From sequence record NZ_CP069398.1: 64,000 nucleotides of DNA, one strand, 5' to 3'. The notes under the pieces were generated by a model that did not search any database, was not told the origin of the DNA, and saw nothing but the letters and a program-made list of their open reading frames with translations. This DNA is from a plasmid. Below are positions 36,583 through 46,242 of this stretch, piece after piece (positions within the stretch are counted from its first letter, which is position 1; each line of letters starts with the position of its first letter). Position numbers and translations under genes: made by a program.

Positions 36583-37570
36583 TCACTTATGATTACTTTG
36601 ATATACAAGACCTATTTCATCTCTCACTTTATCCAACACTTGTATCGTGGTGTATGAATTTTTATATGAGTTAGTATCAGACTCTGTTTTTCCTCGGTTG
36701 ATTAATTCAATAAATTCTTTCACTTCGTAATACATAGCTGGATGAGATTGGTCGACTGTTAATTGTTCAACCGTGCCGTCAGTGTAGTGAATTTCTACTT
36801 TTTCAGCCGTATGAATCTTATCAATCATGATACTTCCTTTTTCGCCTTGAATTTCGCTTGGTAAATAAGAGTTCGTTATTTTGGAATACATCACAATCGC
36901 ATCTTTATCATCATATTTTAAGATGACGCTACCTTCACCATCCACACCCGAATCAAGCATAATGCCAGTTGCCTTCACTTCTTTTGGTTCACCAAATAAT
37001 GTAATAAGTGGATACAAACAATAGACACCAAGGTCCATTAATGAACCGTTCGCAAACTCTGGATTGAAGGCATTAAGGACAATTCCTTCTTTGTATTTAT
37101 CATAACGAGATGAATACTGACAATAGCTTGCAAAGTATCTACGGATAGGACCAATTTTATGTAAATTATCTTGAATGACCTTGAAGTTTGGAAGTAAGGT
37201 TGATTTCATTGCTTCCATTAATAGGGCGTTATGATCTTTTGCGGCTTGAATCATCCTCGCTACTTCGGTTGCATTAACAGCCAGTGGCTTTTCACATAAC
37301 ACATGTTTGCCATTTTGCAAAAATAAAATAGCTTGTTCTGCGTGATATGAATTGGGAGTAGCCAATGTACACCGCGTCAATTTCTTGACTAACTGCCATT
37401 TCTTTTAGGTTTGTAAATATTTTTGTTACTCCATATTTACTTGCAAATTCTTCTGCTCTACTAATCGTGCGAGAATAAACAGCAGTTAGTTTAAAATCTT
37501 CTACATCATTTGCTGCTTCAAGTAATCTTTCTGTAATCCAATTAGTACCGATTACGCCGAATCGAACCAT
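36583..37570 (-). pseudogene. Gfo/Idh/MocA-family NAD(P)-dependent oxidoreductase, frameshifted
   Basis: Two overlapping ORFs together encode MVRFGVIGTNWI...IDAVYI / ATPNSYHAEQA... An apparent +1 insertion (extra G in TACATTGGCTAC) near 37362 changes the frame. Confidence 0.55.
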
Positions 37571-37928
37571 TTATTCAACCTCATTCCTTTGTTTTATAAA
37601 ACGAAGAGTTTTGTTTACTACACTTATGAAGCGTTTTTCATCGCCAATAGGATTTTATTTTCCCATAAAAAAACTTATATAGACATGGGGCCTACCAGTG
37701 AAATATTGGTGATAACCCAAATAGGGCTCATACTGTGAGTGATGGCTAAATTCTTGGCTGTGCCCCACCCAATAATGATCTCTGATCCGGCCATAGAAGG
37801 GACTGAATCAGAGGCTATTTTTTCTTTCCTGTATGGACTGTGTTATTTGTAATATGCAGTAAAGACCGCAATTCATAAAAGAAATAAATGCGGTCTTTAC
37901 GATGTTTCCATATTTTTTAAAGTGTACT

Positions 37929-38486
37929 CTATTCGAGATTGGCATGTTTGCCGTACATTTTAGTAGAGTCTAAGCCTTTTTTTTCCATAAAACGCAAGAT
38001 CAATGCATCATAAAATAATAACATCGTTTGCTCAAAAAGTGACCCCATTGGTTGTATGGTCTTATATTCACTTTCAGATTGATCTTTCGGTGATCCAGGC
38101 AATTTAATGATAATATCAGCTAATTTTCCAATCGTGGAGTCAGGGGAAATCGTTACAGCTGCGACCGTCCCACCTAAACTTTTTGCTTTTTCAGCGATTG
38201 AAACCAAGGTTTTCGTTTCACCTGAACCTGAACCGATGATCAACAAATCACCTTTTTCTAAATTTGCTGTTACAGTTTCACCGACTACATAAGCATCGAT
38301 CCCCATGTGCATCATTCTCATCACGAAAGATTTGCCCATAAATCCAGATCTGCCCGCACCTGCAACAAAGATTTTTTTGGATTCCAGAATCTTATTAACC
38401 AACTTCTCTGCTTCTTCGTCAGAGATTAAGTCGACTGTCCGACTTAATTCTTGAACGACTTCAGCTAAATATTGAGTAGTTTTCAT
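37929..38486 (-). CDS. hxlB: 6-phospho-3-hexuloisomerase (SIS domain)
   Basis: A 185-aa SIS-domain protein (VAGAGRSGFMGKSFVMR...IIGSGSGET) directly downstream of hxlA, as in the Bacillus hxlAB operon. Confidence 0.8.
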   Translation of the reverse strand: MKTTQYLAEVVQELSRTVDLISDEEAEKLVNKILESKKIFVAGAGRSGFMGKSFVMRMMHMGIDAYVVGETVTANLEKGDLLIIGSGSGETKTLVSIAEKAKSLGGTVAAVTISPDSTIGKLADIIIKLPGSPKDQSESEYKTIQPMGSLFEQTMLLFYDALILRFMEKKGLDSTKMYGKHANLE

Positions 38487-38494
38487 AGTTATAA

Positions 38495-39127
38495 TTAACC
38501 TTGTTTAATTAATTCTTGCATTTTAGCTGCAACTGCTTTTTTATCGTCTTTGCTTGTGATACCGCCACCTACGATGACAAGATCTGGTTGTACTTTAATC
38601 ACATCTGGAAGTGTTTCTAATTTGATTCCGCCTGCAATAGCAGTTTTCGCATTTTTTACAACGCTCTTAATGGTTGCAAGGTCTTCGAAAGAATTTTTTC
38701 CTACAGCTTGAAGGTCATAACCTGTGTGAACGCAGATATAATCTACTCCTAGTTCATCCAGTTCTTTCGCACGACCTTCAATGTCTTTAACTGCGATCAT
38801 ATCAGCAAGGATTTGTTTACCTTGTTTTTTTGCTTCTTCTACAGCACCTTTAATGGACTCGTCTTCAGCTGTACCAAGAATGGTGATGATGTCAGCGCCT
38901 GCTGCAGATGCTTGGCTAACTTCATATCCAGCTGCATCCATGATTTTAAGGTCAGCTAATACAGTTAAGTTAGGGAAGGCAGCTTTCACTTCCTTTACTG
39001 CTTTAAGGCCTTCATTAATCACAACCGGCGTGCCGATTTCTACAACATCTATATGATTTTCTACTTCTTTCACCAATTCAATGGCTCCTGGAATATCTAC
39101 AAGATCTAATGCTAATTGTAATTTCAT
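38495..39127 (-). CDS. hxlA: 3-hexulose-6-phosphate synthase
   Basis: MKLQLALDLVDI...VEIGTPV...VLADLK..DA...GVDYICVHTGYDLQAVG...IAGGIK...VIVGGGI is about 70% identical by eye to B. subtilis HxlA. Confidence 0.85.
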   Translation of the reverse strand: MKLQLALDLVDIPGAIELVKEVENHIDVVEIGTPVVINEGLKAVKEVKAAFPNLTVLADLKIMDAAGYEVSQASAAGADIITILGTAEDESIKGAVEEAKKQGKQILADMIAVKDIEGRAKELDELGVDYICVHTGYDLQAVGKNSFEDLATIKSVVKNAKTAIAGGIKLETLPDVIKVQPDLVIVGGGITSKDDKKAVAAKMQELIKQG

Positions 39128-39331
39128 TTATTACTCGCTCCTTATATAATAGTATAATTGTGCCGTATAGCTTTCTTTTGCACAGTGTTATTGTATCCAA
39201 TTGATAGCTATTTACTAACGGTATGATACTCAGTATACTGGGTATGTTACTAAATTAAAAGTATGCACTTTTTTATCATATAGTAACAAAAAGTATACTA
39301 TGGGACATAATAAGGGTTGGAGGTGAAATGA

Positions 39332-39697
39332 ATGCCGAATCTTGGGGAAAAAGTGTTTAATTGTGAAAAAGAATTGACTCTTTCGATTATTGGTGGAAAA
39401 TGGAAAATGTTGGTATTGTGGCATCTAGGAAAAGAAGGAACCAAACGTTTTGGTGAACTAAAGGCCCTCATGCCGGGTATCACTCAAAGAATGCTTGTTA
39501 ATCAATTGCGCGAACTTGAAGACCATTTGATTGTTCATCGTGAAGTCTATCCTGTCGTTCCACCAAAAGTTGAATACTCACTCACTGAGTATGGAAGAAG
39601 TCTGATGCCTATTCTGGAAGCTATGTATGACTGGGGTAAAGATTATATTGAGAATGTATTGGAAAAAGAAACAGAAAACAAATCGTCTATTCAGTAG
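39332..39697 (+). CDS. hxlR: HxlR-type winged-helix transcriptional activator
   Basis: The HxlR/MarR-like sequence ...[16 protein letters not shown]...[25 protein letters not shown]... lies divergent from hxlAB. Confidence 0.8.
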   Translation: MPNLGEKVFNCEKELTLSIIGGKWKMLVLWHLGKEGTKRFGELKALMPGITQRMLVNQLRELEDHLIVHREVYPVVPPKVEYSLTEYGRSLMPILEAMYDWGKDYIENVLEKETENKSSIQ

Positions 39698-39863
39698 AAA
39701 AAAGAGTTTCTCCTAGGGGTTCGAAAAAGTGTAAAAAAGTTCATATACTAACAAACCACGGTTAGCTATCTTAATAAAGATGCTGTCCGTGTTTTTTTAT
39801 ATCTCTACGTATTTAAAAGGTTGAAAAAACACAACATTTAATAAAAGAATCAGTTACTAAAAA

Positions 39864-39908
39864 GCCAAGGGCAGCGAATCTTGTATAATCGCTGTCCTTG
39901 GCTTTTCA
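39864..39908 (+). terminator. strong rho-independent terminator after hxlR
   Basis: A 14-bp stem, GCCAAGGGCAGCGA..TCGCTGTCCTTGGC, followed by TTTT. Confidence 0.7.
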
Positions 39909-40158
39909 CTCTTGGTATTGGATTCAAGTTTATAGTATTATTTTTAACACTATGTTATACCAATGTATCTATATGTTAATAAAGTGCGTACTTTCAAAAG
40001 TATAACATACGTAATATACTGATTTTGCTCAAGTAATAGCGAGCTTAAAGAATACTACCAAACCTTAAGGGAATACTGCTACAAGCATGGTGAGATGAAG
40101 TGAAACTTCATTTAATAATTTATACATGTTGTTGCTTTTTACGAAAGGAGAGATCCGC

Positions 40159-40323
40159 ATGGAAAGGTTCAAAACTAAGCAGCGAAAAGTTTGTGAAAGA
40201 TGTCTAATCATCACCATAAATAATGAAACCTGTCCAAAATGTGGACATTCTCAATTAAGAGATATCATTATTACCGGACAAGCTGGGAGAAATAAACGAA
40301 ACTTACATCCAAAAGTAGGATAA
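40159..40323 (+). CDS. small zinc-ribbon protein, hypothetical
   Basis: CERC...CPKCGH (four Cys). AAAGGAGAG lies 8 nt upstream of the ATG. Confidence 0.4.
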   Translation: MERFKTKQRKVCERCLIITINNETCPKCGHSQLRDIIITGQAGRNKRNLHPKVG

Positions 40324-40419
40324 CGCAATAGCGAAAATCCTTGTTGTTTTGTAGGGGAAACGAAGAAAATCAGACATTTTTCTATTTGAAAATGCTTTGA
40401 AAAAGTGGAGGAATGAAAA

Positions 40420-41892
40420 GTGGATTCTATGACGTTTGTCTTATTTGGGGCAACTGGGGATTTAGCTAAGCGAAAAATCTACCCTGCCTTGTTTAATTTA
40501 TATTTGAATCAAAAATTACCAGATTCTTTTTTGATCATTGGTGTAGGAATAGACGAAATGTCTGATGTTGATTTTCAAAACCATGTAACAGACTCGCTAT
40601 ACACTTTTTCTAGACACTTGATAAATGATAAATCCGAAAAACAAGAGTTTGTAAAGGCATTTCGTTATTGCCAGTTAGATTTCACGAATGCTGAAGGGTA
40701 TAAGAAGTTAGTTGAAGTCGTTCAACAAAATGAAAAAGACCAGAGTATTGAAGAGAATCGAATGTTTTATCTTTCTGTTGCTCCTGAATTCTTTGATGTA
40801 ATTGCTTTAAACATAAAGGAGAGTGGCTTAGGTTCGACAAAGGGATGGAAACGATTGATTATCGAAAAACCATTTGGGTATGACTTAAAATCTGCTGAAG
40901 ATTTAAACGAAAAATTAAGCAAAGCTTTTGAAGAAGATGAAATTTTCCGGATTGACCATTATCTCGGAAAACCAATGGTTCAAAACCTTGAAGCCTTGGA
41001 ATTTGCCAATCCTGTGCTGCAATCACTTTGGAACAATCGGTTTATTGCCAATGTGCAAATTACGGCTAGTGAAACGGTTGGTGTAGAAGAGAGGGCTGGT
41101 TATTATGACCAAGCAGGCGCTATTCGTGATATGGTTCAAAATCATATGCTACAGCTGTTGATGATGACAGCCATGCATCTCCCAAAACAGATTAGTGCAA
41201 AAGATATCCGTAATGAGAAAAGAAAAGTTATGGAATCTCTGCGACCATTACAGAAAAATACTGTAGGTATCCACGTCGTTCGTGGCCAATATGGATCAGG
41301 TGAAATAAACGGTACACCAGTAGTCAGATACTTAGAAGAACCTGGCGTTGATGCTTCTTCTAAAAACGATACATTCGTCGCTGCTCGTCTATGGATTGAT
41401 AATTCCTTCTGGGACGGGGTCCCATTCTATATCCGGACAGGAAAAAGAATGACGGAAAAATTAACGCGGATTGTGATTGAATTCAAAAACCCATTAAAGA
41501 ATTTGTATACCAATGAAATCCAAAATGCTGAACCCAATCTATTAGTTATTAATGTAAGTCCTAATGAAGGTGTTTCGTTGCAGTTAAATAGTAAAAACCC
41601 GATAAATGGAAAATTAGAACCTATTGTTGTTGATTTTTCAGCGAGTAAAAAAGACGTGCCCGAAGCATATGAACTCTTAATATTTGATGCTCTGCGTGGG
41701 GACTCTACCTTCTTTGCTCATTGGGACGAAGTTGAATTATCTTGGAAATGGGTACAGCCCGTTTTAGAGGCGTTTGAGGAAAATGCCCTTCCACTCCACC
41801 TATATCAAGCCGGTTCGATGGGGCCACAAGCTGCTTCGCAATTATTGGAGGAGGATGGTTTTAAATGGTGGGAAACTAGGGGGGGAGTTTAA
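40420..41892 (+). CDS. zwf: glucose-6-phosphate 1-dehydrogenase
   Basis: The N-terminal NADP-binding motif FGATGDLAKRKIYPAL and the G6PD signature RIDHYLGKPMVQNL. GGAGG lies 9 nt ahead of the GTG start. Confidence 0.9.
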   Translation: MDSMTFVLFGATGDLAKRKIYPALFNLYLNQKLPDSFLIIGVGIDEMSDVDFQNHVTDSLYTFSRHLINDKSEKQEFVKAFRYCQLDFTNAEGYKKLVEVVQQNEKDQSIEENRMFYLSVAPEFFDVIALNIKESGLGSTKGWKRLIIEKPFGYDLKSAEDLNEKLSKAFEEDEIFRIDHYLGKPMVQNLEALEFANPVLQSLWNNRFIANVQITASETVGVEERAGYYDQAGAIRDMVQNHMLQLLMMTAMHLPKQISAKDIRNEKRKVMESLRPLQKNTVGIHVVRGQYGSGEINGTPVVRYLEEPGVDASSKNDTFVAARLWIDNSFWDGVPFYIRTGKRMTEKLTRIVIEFKNPLKNLYTNEIQNAEPNLLVINVSPNEGVSLQLNSKNPINGKLEPIVVDFSASKKDVPEAYELLIFDALRGDSTFFAHWDEVELSWKWVQPVLEAFEENALPLHLYQAGSMGPQAASQLLEEDGFKWWETRGGV

Positions 41893-42090
41893 TCCGCACC
41901 TCCCTGGAAGGCTATTGGTATGAAGAGAGCAAACCGAGGTTGGATTTGACAGATAATTGTTACGCGATTTACCCAAGGAACTTAAAGTATTTGTTGAATC
42001 CTTATGGTTCCATAAGGAGACCATGAAGAACAACAAATGGGTAGCATAATAATACAGGCTATTTTTTGTAATTTAAAGGAGGAAACTCAA

Positions 42091-42984
42091 GTGAAAGTAG
42101 GATTAATTGGATTAGGGAAAATGGGTATGAACTTAGGAAAAAACTTAATTGACAATAAACACCGTGTAATGGCGTTTGATCTAAATACAAATACTATTGA
42201 AGAAATTAAAAAATACGGAGTTGAAGGAGCATCCAGTTTACAAGATCTTGTTCAATCATTAGAAAAGCCACGAGTTGTTTGGATAATGGTCCCACACTCC
42301 GTCGTTGATTCAGTTATTAGTGAAATCACACCATTTCTAAGTGAAGGAGATATCGTCATTGAAGCTGGTAATTCGCATTATAAGGAATCCATTCGTCGTT
42401 ACGAACAGTTGAAGAAAGTTGGAGTGAGCTTTATGGATGCCGGTACTTCTGGGGGGATGGAAGGTGCTCGCTATGGTGCTTGTTATATGATTGGTGGAGA
42501 TCCTGAAGCATGGAGCATTGTCGAGCCGATTTTTAGAGATACAGCTGTAGATAATGGGTATTTATATGCTGGGAAATCTGGTAGTGGCCACTTCTTAAAA
42601 ATGGTCCACAATGGAATAGAATACGGAATGATGGCCGCCATTGGTGAAGGATTCGAAGTCCTGGAAAAAAGCGATTTCGATTTTGACTATGAAAAAGTGG
42701 CACGGGTGTGGAATAACGGTTCTGTCATCCGCTCATGGCTCATGGAATTGACAGAACGCGCATTTTCTAAAGATGCAAAATTAGATGAAATTAAGGGCAT
42801 TATGCATTCTTCTGGGGAAGGGAAATGGACAGTTGAAACCGCTTTGGATCTTCAAACAGCTACCCCTGTTATCGCTATGTCTTTACTAATGCGTTACCGT
42901 TCATTAGACAATGATACATTTACAGGTAAAGTGGTAGCTTCCCTTCGTAATGAATTTGGCGGACATGCTGTGGAAAAATCATAA
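42091..42984 (+). CDS. 6-phosphogluconate dehydrogenase (decarboxylating), short ~300-aa form (YqeC/GndA-like)
   Basis: The GTG start at 42091 follows AAGGAGG. It has the Rossmann fold GLIGLGKMGMNLGKNL plus GGDPEAW and KMVHNGIEYGMMAAIGEGF. Confidence 0.8.
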   Translation: MKVGLIGLGKMGMNLGKNLIDNKHRVMAFDLNTNTIEEIKKYGVEGASSLQDLVQSLEKPRVVWIMVPHSVVDSVISEITPFLSEGDIVIEAGNSHYKESIRRYEQLKKVGVSFMDAGTSGGMEGARYGACYMIGGDPEAWSIVEPIFRDTAVDNGYLYAGKSGSGHFLKMVHNGIEYGMMAAIGEGFEVLEKSDFDFDYEKVARVWNNGSVIRSWLMELTERAFSKDAKLDEIKGIMHSSGEGKWTVETALDLQTATPVIAMSLLMRYRSLDNDTFTGKVVASLRNEFGGHAVEKS

Positions 42985-43094
42985 AGTCATCTGCTGTATA
43001 TGTCTTTCGTTAAAATGAGCCGGAAATTCATTGGATTTTTAGTTTGGTATATCCCAAAAATTGGTAGATTTACTTAAGTCGTTGATAGTGCTAA

Positions 43095-43300
43095 CTATGT
43101 TGATTGAAGCGGAAGGAGCGAGACTCCTCGAAAATGCATTCACATTTTCTCGTGCGGTGCCTATTCACGGATGATGATTCAACGTCCTGCGGGAAAAACA
43201 TGACAAGGGAGACCCCGCAGCCGCACAGCGCCGAGGAGGCTCCCGGCTCGCCCGCGGAAAGCGAGCACCTGGAGCCAACAGACAAGTTTAACAGAGCCAA
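43095..43300. other. GC-rich multi-hairpin intergenic element of unknown function
   Basis: Four local hairpins, GGAGCGAGACTCC, GAAAATG-CATTCA-CATTTTC, CTGCGGG-N20-CCGCAG and GCTCGC-CCGCGGAAA-GCGAGC, sit in an AT-rich context. ORFs across the region on both strands have implausible composition. Confidence 0.35.
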
Positions 43301-43330
43301 AAAAATAAAACAATATTGAGGTGTGACATC

Positions 43331-43822
43331 ATGAACGTATTGGATGCAAAAATCATTAACACACAATATGGTTTAGAAACCTATTTAGACATGGTGAAGA
43401 ATATCGAAGTAAAAGAACTCCATTCTCCATCAGATAATGAGCCCTTTTATGAAATAGTATTAGGGATAGAGTATTTTCTTCTAAGGGACGGAAAATATTA
43501 TGATAGTGAAAGGAATTATTTTCGGATTCAAATGAGCGAAGATTTTAATTCAATCACGTTAAGAGAGACAGATACCGAAAGTTTATTTGCTGTCAAAACC
43601 GAACACGAGAGAGACTCAACTAAGCTACTGGTTGGAGAATGGCTTATAAAAACCAATGCTTTCAAGCAAGTAATAAGTGAACTGATCCAACAAAAGAAAA
43701 TGGAGAATGTTCAAAATGAGGGAGACACTCGAAAAGTATTAGGAACGATAAGATTCTTGGAAATATTACTTGAAATCAAAACAGAAGACATACTAAGTGC
43801 CGATGTAGAGAGGGACCATTGA
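43331..43822 (+). CDS. hypothetical protein
   Basis: The ATG at 43331 lies 7 nt after GAGGTG. A 163-aa acidic product. Confidence 0.45.
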   Translation: MNVLDAKIINTQYGLETYLDMVKNIEVKELHSPSDNEPFYEIVLGIEYFLLRDGKYYDSERNYFRIQMSEDFNSITLRETDTESLFAVKTEHERDSTKLLVGEWLIKTNAFKQVISELIQQKKMENVQNEGDTRKVLGTIRFLEILLEIKTEDILSADVERDH

Positions 43823-44062
43823 GTTTTCTTAATACTAACTGTCTTTTAATGTACGCTATTGATAATTACACGGTCCCACTAAGGATTTTTCAAAATTGAA
43901 AAGGGGGAGTTTAAATGTGTTTTTAAAAACTTCCCTTATATACTGTAGAAAAGGAGAATGCACTAACATGAAACGTTTTACTATGCCGAGAGATCTTTTT
44001 TACGGAGAAGGATCTCCGATTGAAGCAGCTAAGCTAAATTTGATTGAAAGGGGAAGTAATGT

Positions 44063-45400
44063 ATGACTATTTCGTTTGATTACTCCAATGCATTAGCATT
44101 TATGAAAAAGAGTGAAGTAGATAATCTAAGTGAATTTGTAAAAGTGGCTCATAAAATGCTACATGAAAAAACAGGCCCCGGCTCTGATTATCTTGGTTGG
44201 GTCGATTTGCCACTAAACTATGATAAGAGTGAATTTGAAAGAATTAAACAAGCTGCTGAAAGAATCAAGAAACATTCAGACGCAATGGTTGTAATTGGTA
44301 TTGGTGGTTCGTATTTGGGTGCAAGATCAGCTATAGAAGCTTTGTCCCATAGCTTTCATAACCAAATGAACGATAAGACAAAAGTGTATTTTGCCGGTCA
44401 CAATATCAGTTCTACTTATATATCTCATTTATTTGAACTATTAGAGGGGAAAGATATCTCTGTTAACGTCATTTCCAAATCAGGAACAACGACAGAGCCA
44501 GCCCTTGCTTTCCGTATTTTTCGTGACTATATGGAGAAAAAATACGGAAAAGAAGAGGCGAGAAAACGTATTTTTGCCACTACTGATCAGGAAAAAGGCG
44601 TATTAAAAAAGCTCGCGGACAAAGAAGGATATGAAACGTTTGTTATTCCGGATGATGTAGGTGGAAGGTATTCTGTGCTAACAGCAGTTGGTCTCTTACC
44701 AATTGCCGTAGCAGGACTTGATATTGATCATATGATGGAAGGGGCAGCAGCAGCAGCCCGTAAATACAACAATCCTGATTTATTGACAAATGAGAGCTAT
44801 CAGTATGCTGCGGTCCGAAATGTACTCTACAATAAGGGAAAAGCAATTGAAGTGCTTGTTAACTATGAGCCCTCCCTTCACTACGTATCGGAATGGTGGA
44901 AGCAGCTGTTTGGGGAAAGTGAAGGAAAAGATCAAAAGGGGCTATTCCCTGCTTCCGTTGATTTTTCAACGGATTTGCATTCCATGGGGCAATATGTACA
45001 AGAAGGTCGACGAAACCTTTTAGAAACGGTTTTACAGATTAAGAAACCTCGAATTGAAGTGACTATTCAGGAGGATCCAGAAAATATTGATGGATTAAAC
45101 TTCCTGGCAGGTAAGACGATGGATGAAGTCAACAAAAGTGCATTTCAGGGTACCCTTATGGCCCATATAGATGGAGAAGTACCTAATCTCGTGATTGAAC
45201 TGGATGAAATGAATGAATACACTTACGGTGAGATGGTTTACTTTTTTGAGAAGGCATGTGGGATTAGTGGCCATCTATTAGGAGTTAACCCATTTGACCA
45301 GCCTGGAGTCGAAGCATACAAGAAGAATATGTTTGCTTTACTTGACAAACCTGGTTTTGAAGCAGAAAAAGCTACTCTCATGGAGCGTTTATCAAAATAA
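44063..45400 (+). CDS. pgi: glucose-6-phosphate isomerase (Bacillus-type ~450 aa)
   Basis: The N-terminus [16 protein letters not shown]...[17 protein letters not shown] closely matches Bacillus Pgi. The SIS domains are present. Confidence 0.9.
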   Translation: MTISFDYSNALAFMKKSEVDNLSEFVKVAHKMLHEKTGPGSDYLGWVDLPLNYDKSEFERIKQAAERIKKHSDAMVVIGIGGSYLGARSAIEALSHSFHNQMNDKTKVYFAGHNISSTYISHLFELLEGKDISVNVISKSGTTTEPALAFRIFRDYMEKKYGKEEARKRIFATTDQEKGVLKKLADKEGYETFVIPDDVGGRYSVLTAVGLLPIAVAGLDIDHMMEGAAAAARKYNNPDLLTNESYQYAAVRNVLYNKGKAIEVLVNYEPSLHYVSEWWKQLFGESEGKDQKGLFPASVDFSTDLHSMGQYVQEGRRNLLETVLQIKKPRIEVTIQEDPENIDGLNFLAGKTMDEVNKSAFQGTLMAHIDGEVPNLVIELDEMNEYTYGEMVYFFEKACGISGHLLGVNPFDQPGVEAYKKNMFALLDKPGFEAEKATLMERLSK

Positions 45401-45409
45401 TTATATCTG

Positions 45410-45600
45410 ATTGGTTTTGTATTAATAAAAAGATTGTTACCAAAAACCATATTTTTTGTAACAATATTTATGAGAAATACTGATGCTTGATTTTACTAAT
45501 TTTATAGGTTACCAAAAATAATTACCAAAAGTTTTACCAAATACTTTTACAAAAATGATGTCTCTTGTACAATTAGATTATTAAATTGTGCAGGAGGCTT
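45410..45600. promoter_or_regulatory. res (resolution) site candidate upstream of tnpR
   Basis: TTACCAAAA-type motifs are repeated (TGTTACCAAAAACCA, GGTTACCAAAAATAATTACCAAAAGTTTTACCAAATAC). TGTNACA-like half-sites are consistent with three resolvase binding subsites. Confidence 0.45.
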
Positions 45601-45604
45601 CTTT

Positions 45605-46171
45605 ATGATAATCGGTTATGCTCGAGTTTCGACAGTTGACCAAAATTTAGACCGACAAATTATATTACTTTCTGAGTACGGCTGTGAAAAAATGGTTCAA
45701 GAGAAATTTACTGGGACTACAAAGGATAGAGATGGACTTAACTCATTGCTAGATGTAATAAGGAAAGGTGATACCGTTGTAGTAGAAAGTATTTCACGCT
45801 TAGGGAGAAAAACACTTGATATTCTTTCTATTATTCAGCAATTCGAGGATACTGGTGTAAAGTTCGTTTCTATTAAGGAGAACATGGATACAAGAACATC
45901 AACGGGAAAAGCCATGTTTCAAATGATGTGTGTCATCGCAGAGTTAGAAAGAAATTTAATTGTAGAAAGAGTTAAAGAAGGGTTAGAAGCGAGTAAAAGA
46001 AGAGGAAAAAAACTAGGAAGGCCTAAAGTGGATCAAGGGAAAATTGAAATAGCCTTGAGGATGTATGACAGTAAAGAATACTCGGTAAAAGAAATTGTAG
46101 AAGGTACAGGACTTTCACAGGGATCATTATATCGAGCGATTAATAAAAGAAAACTAGTAGAAGCAAATTAA
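45605..46171 (+). CDS. tnpR: serine recombinase / resolvase
   Basis: MIIGYARVSTVDQNLDRQ... carries the catalytic Ser, and the C-terminus is an HTH. The gene is co-directional with tnpA. Confidence 0.9.
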   Translation: MIIGYARVSTVDQNLDRQIILLSEYGCEKMVQEKFTGTTKDRDGLNSLLDVIRKGDTVVVESISRLGRKTLDILSIIQQFEDTGVKFVSIKENMDTRTSTGKAMFQMMCVIAELERNLIVERVKEGLEASKRRGKKLGRPKVDQGKIEIALRMYDSKEYSVKEIVEGTGLSQGSLYRAINKRKLVEAN

Positions 46172-46242
46172 TAATCTCTTATATTTTTAGGGAATTATGT
46201 GACGGACTAGGGCAGCTACTCTGTCACCACCCCCAACTTAAT

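Noticed and set aside
38107-39056. Plus-strand ORFs of 61 and 91 aa inside hxlB and hxlA
   Set aside because: They are antisense to strongly supported genes and Ala/Ser/Pro-rich from reading the GC-richer coding strand in reverse.
43104-43366. ORFs of 71 aa (plus strand) and 91 aa (minus strand) over the GC-rich cassette
   Set aside because: They overlap each other and are driven by GC-rich hairpin sequence. The translations are Pro/Ala/Glu/Ser-rich with no RBS. I treat the region as non-coding structure.
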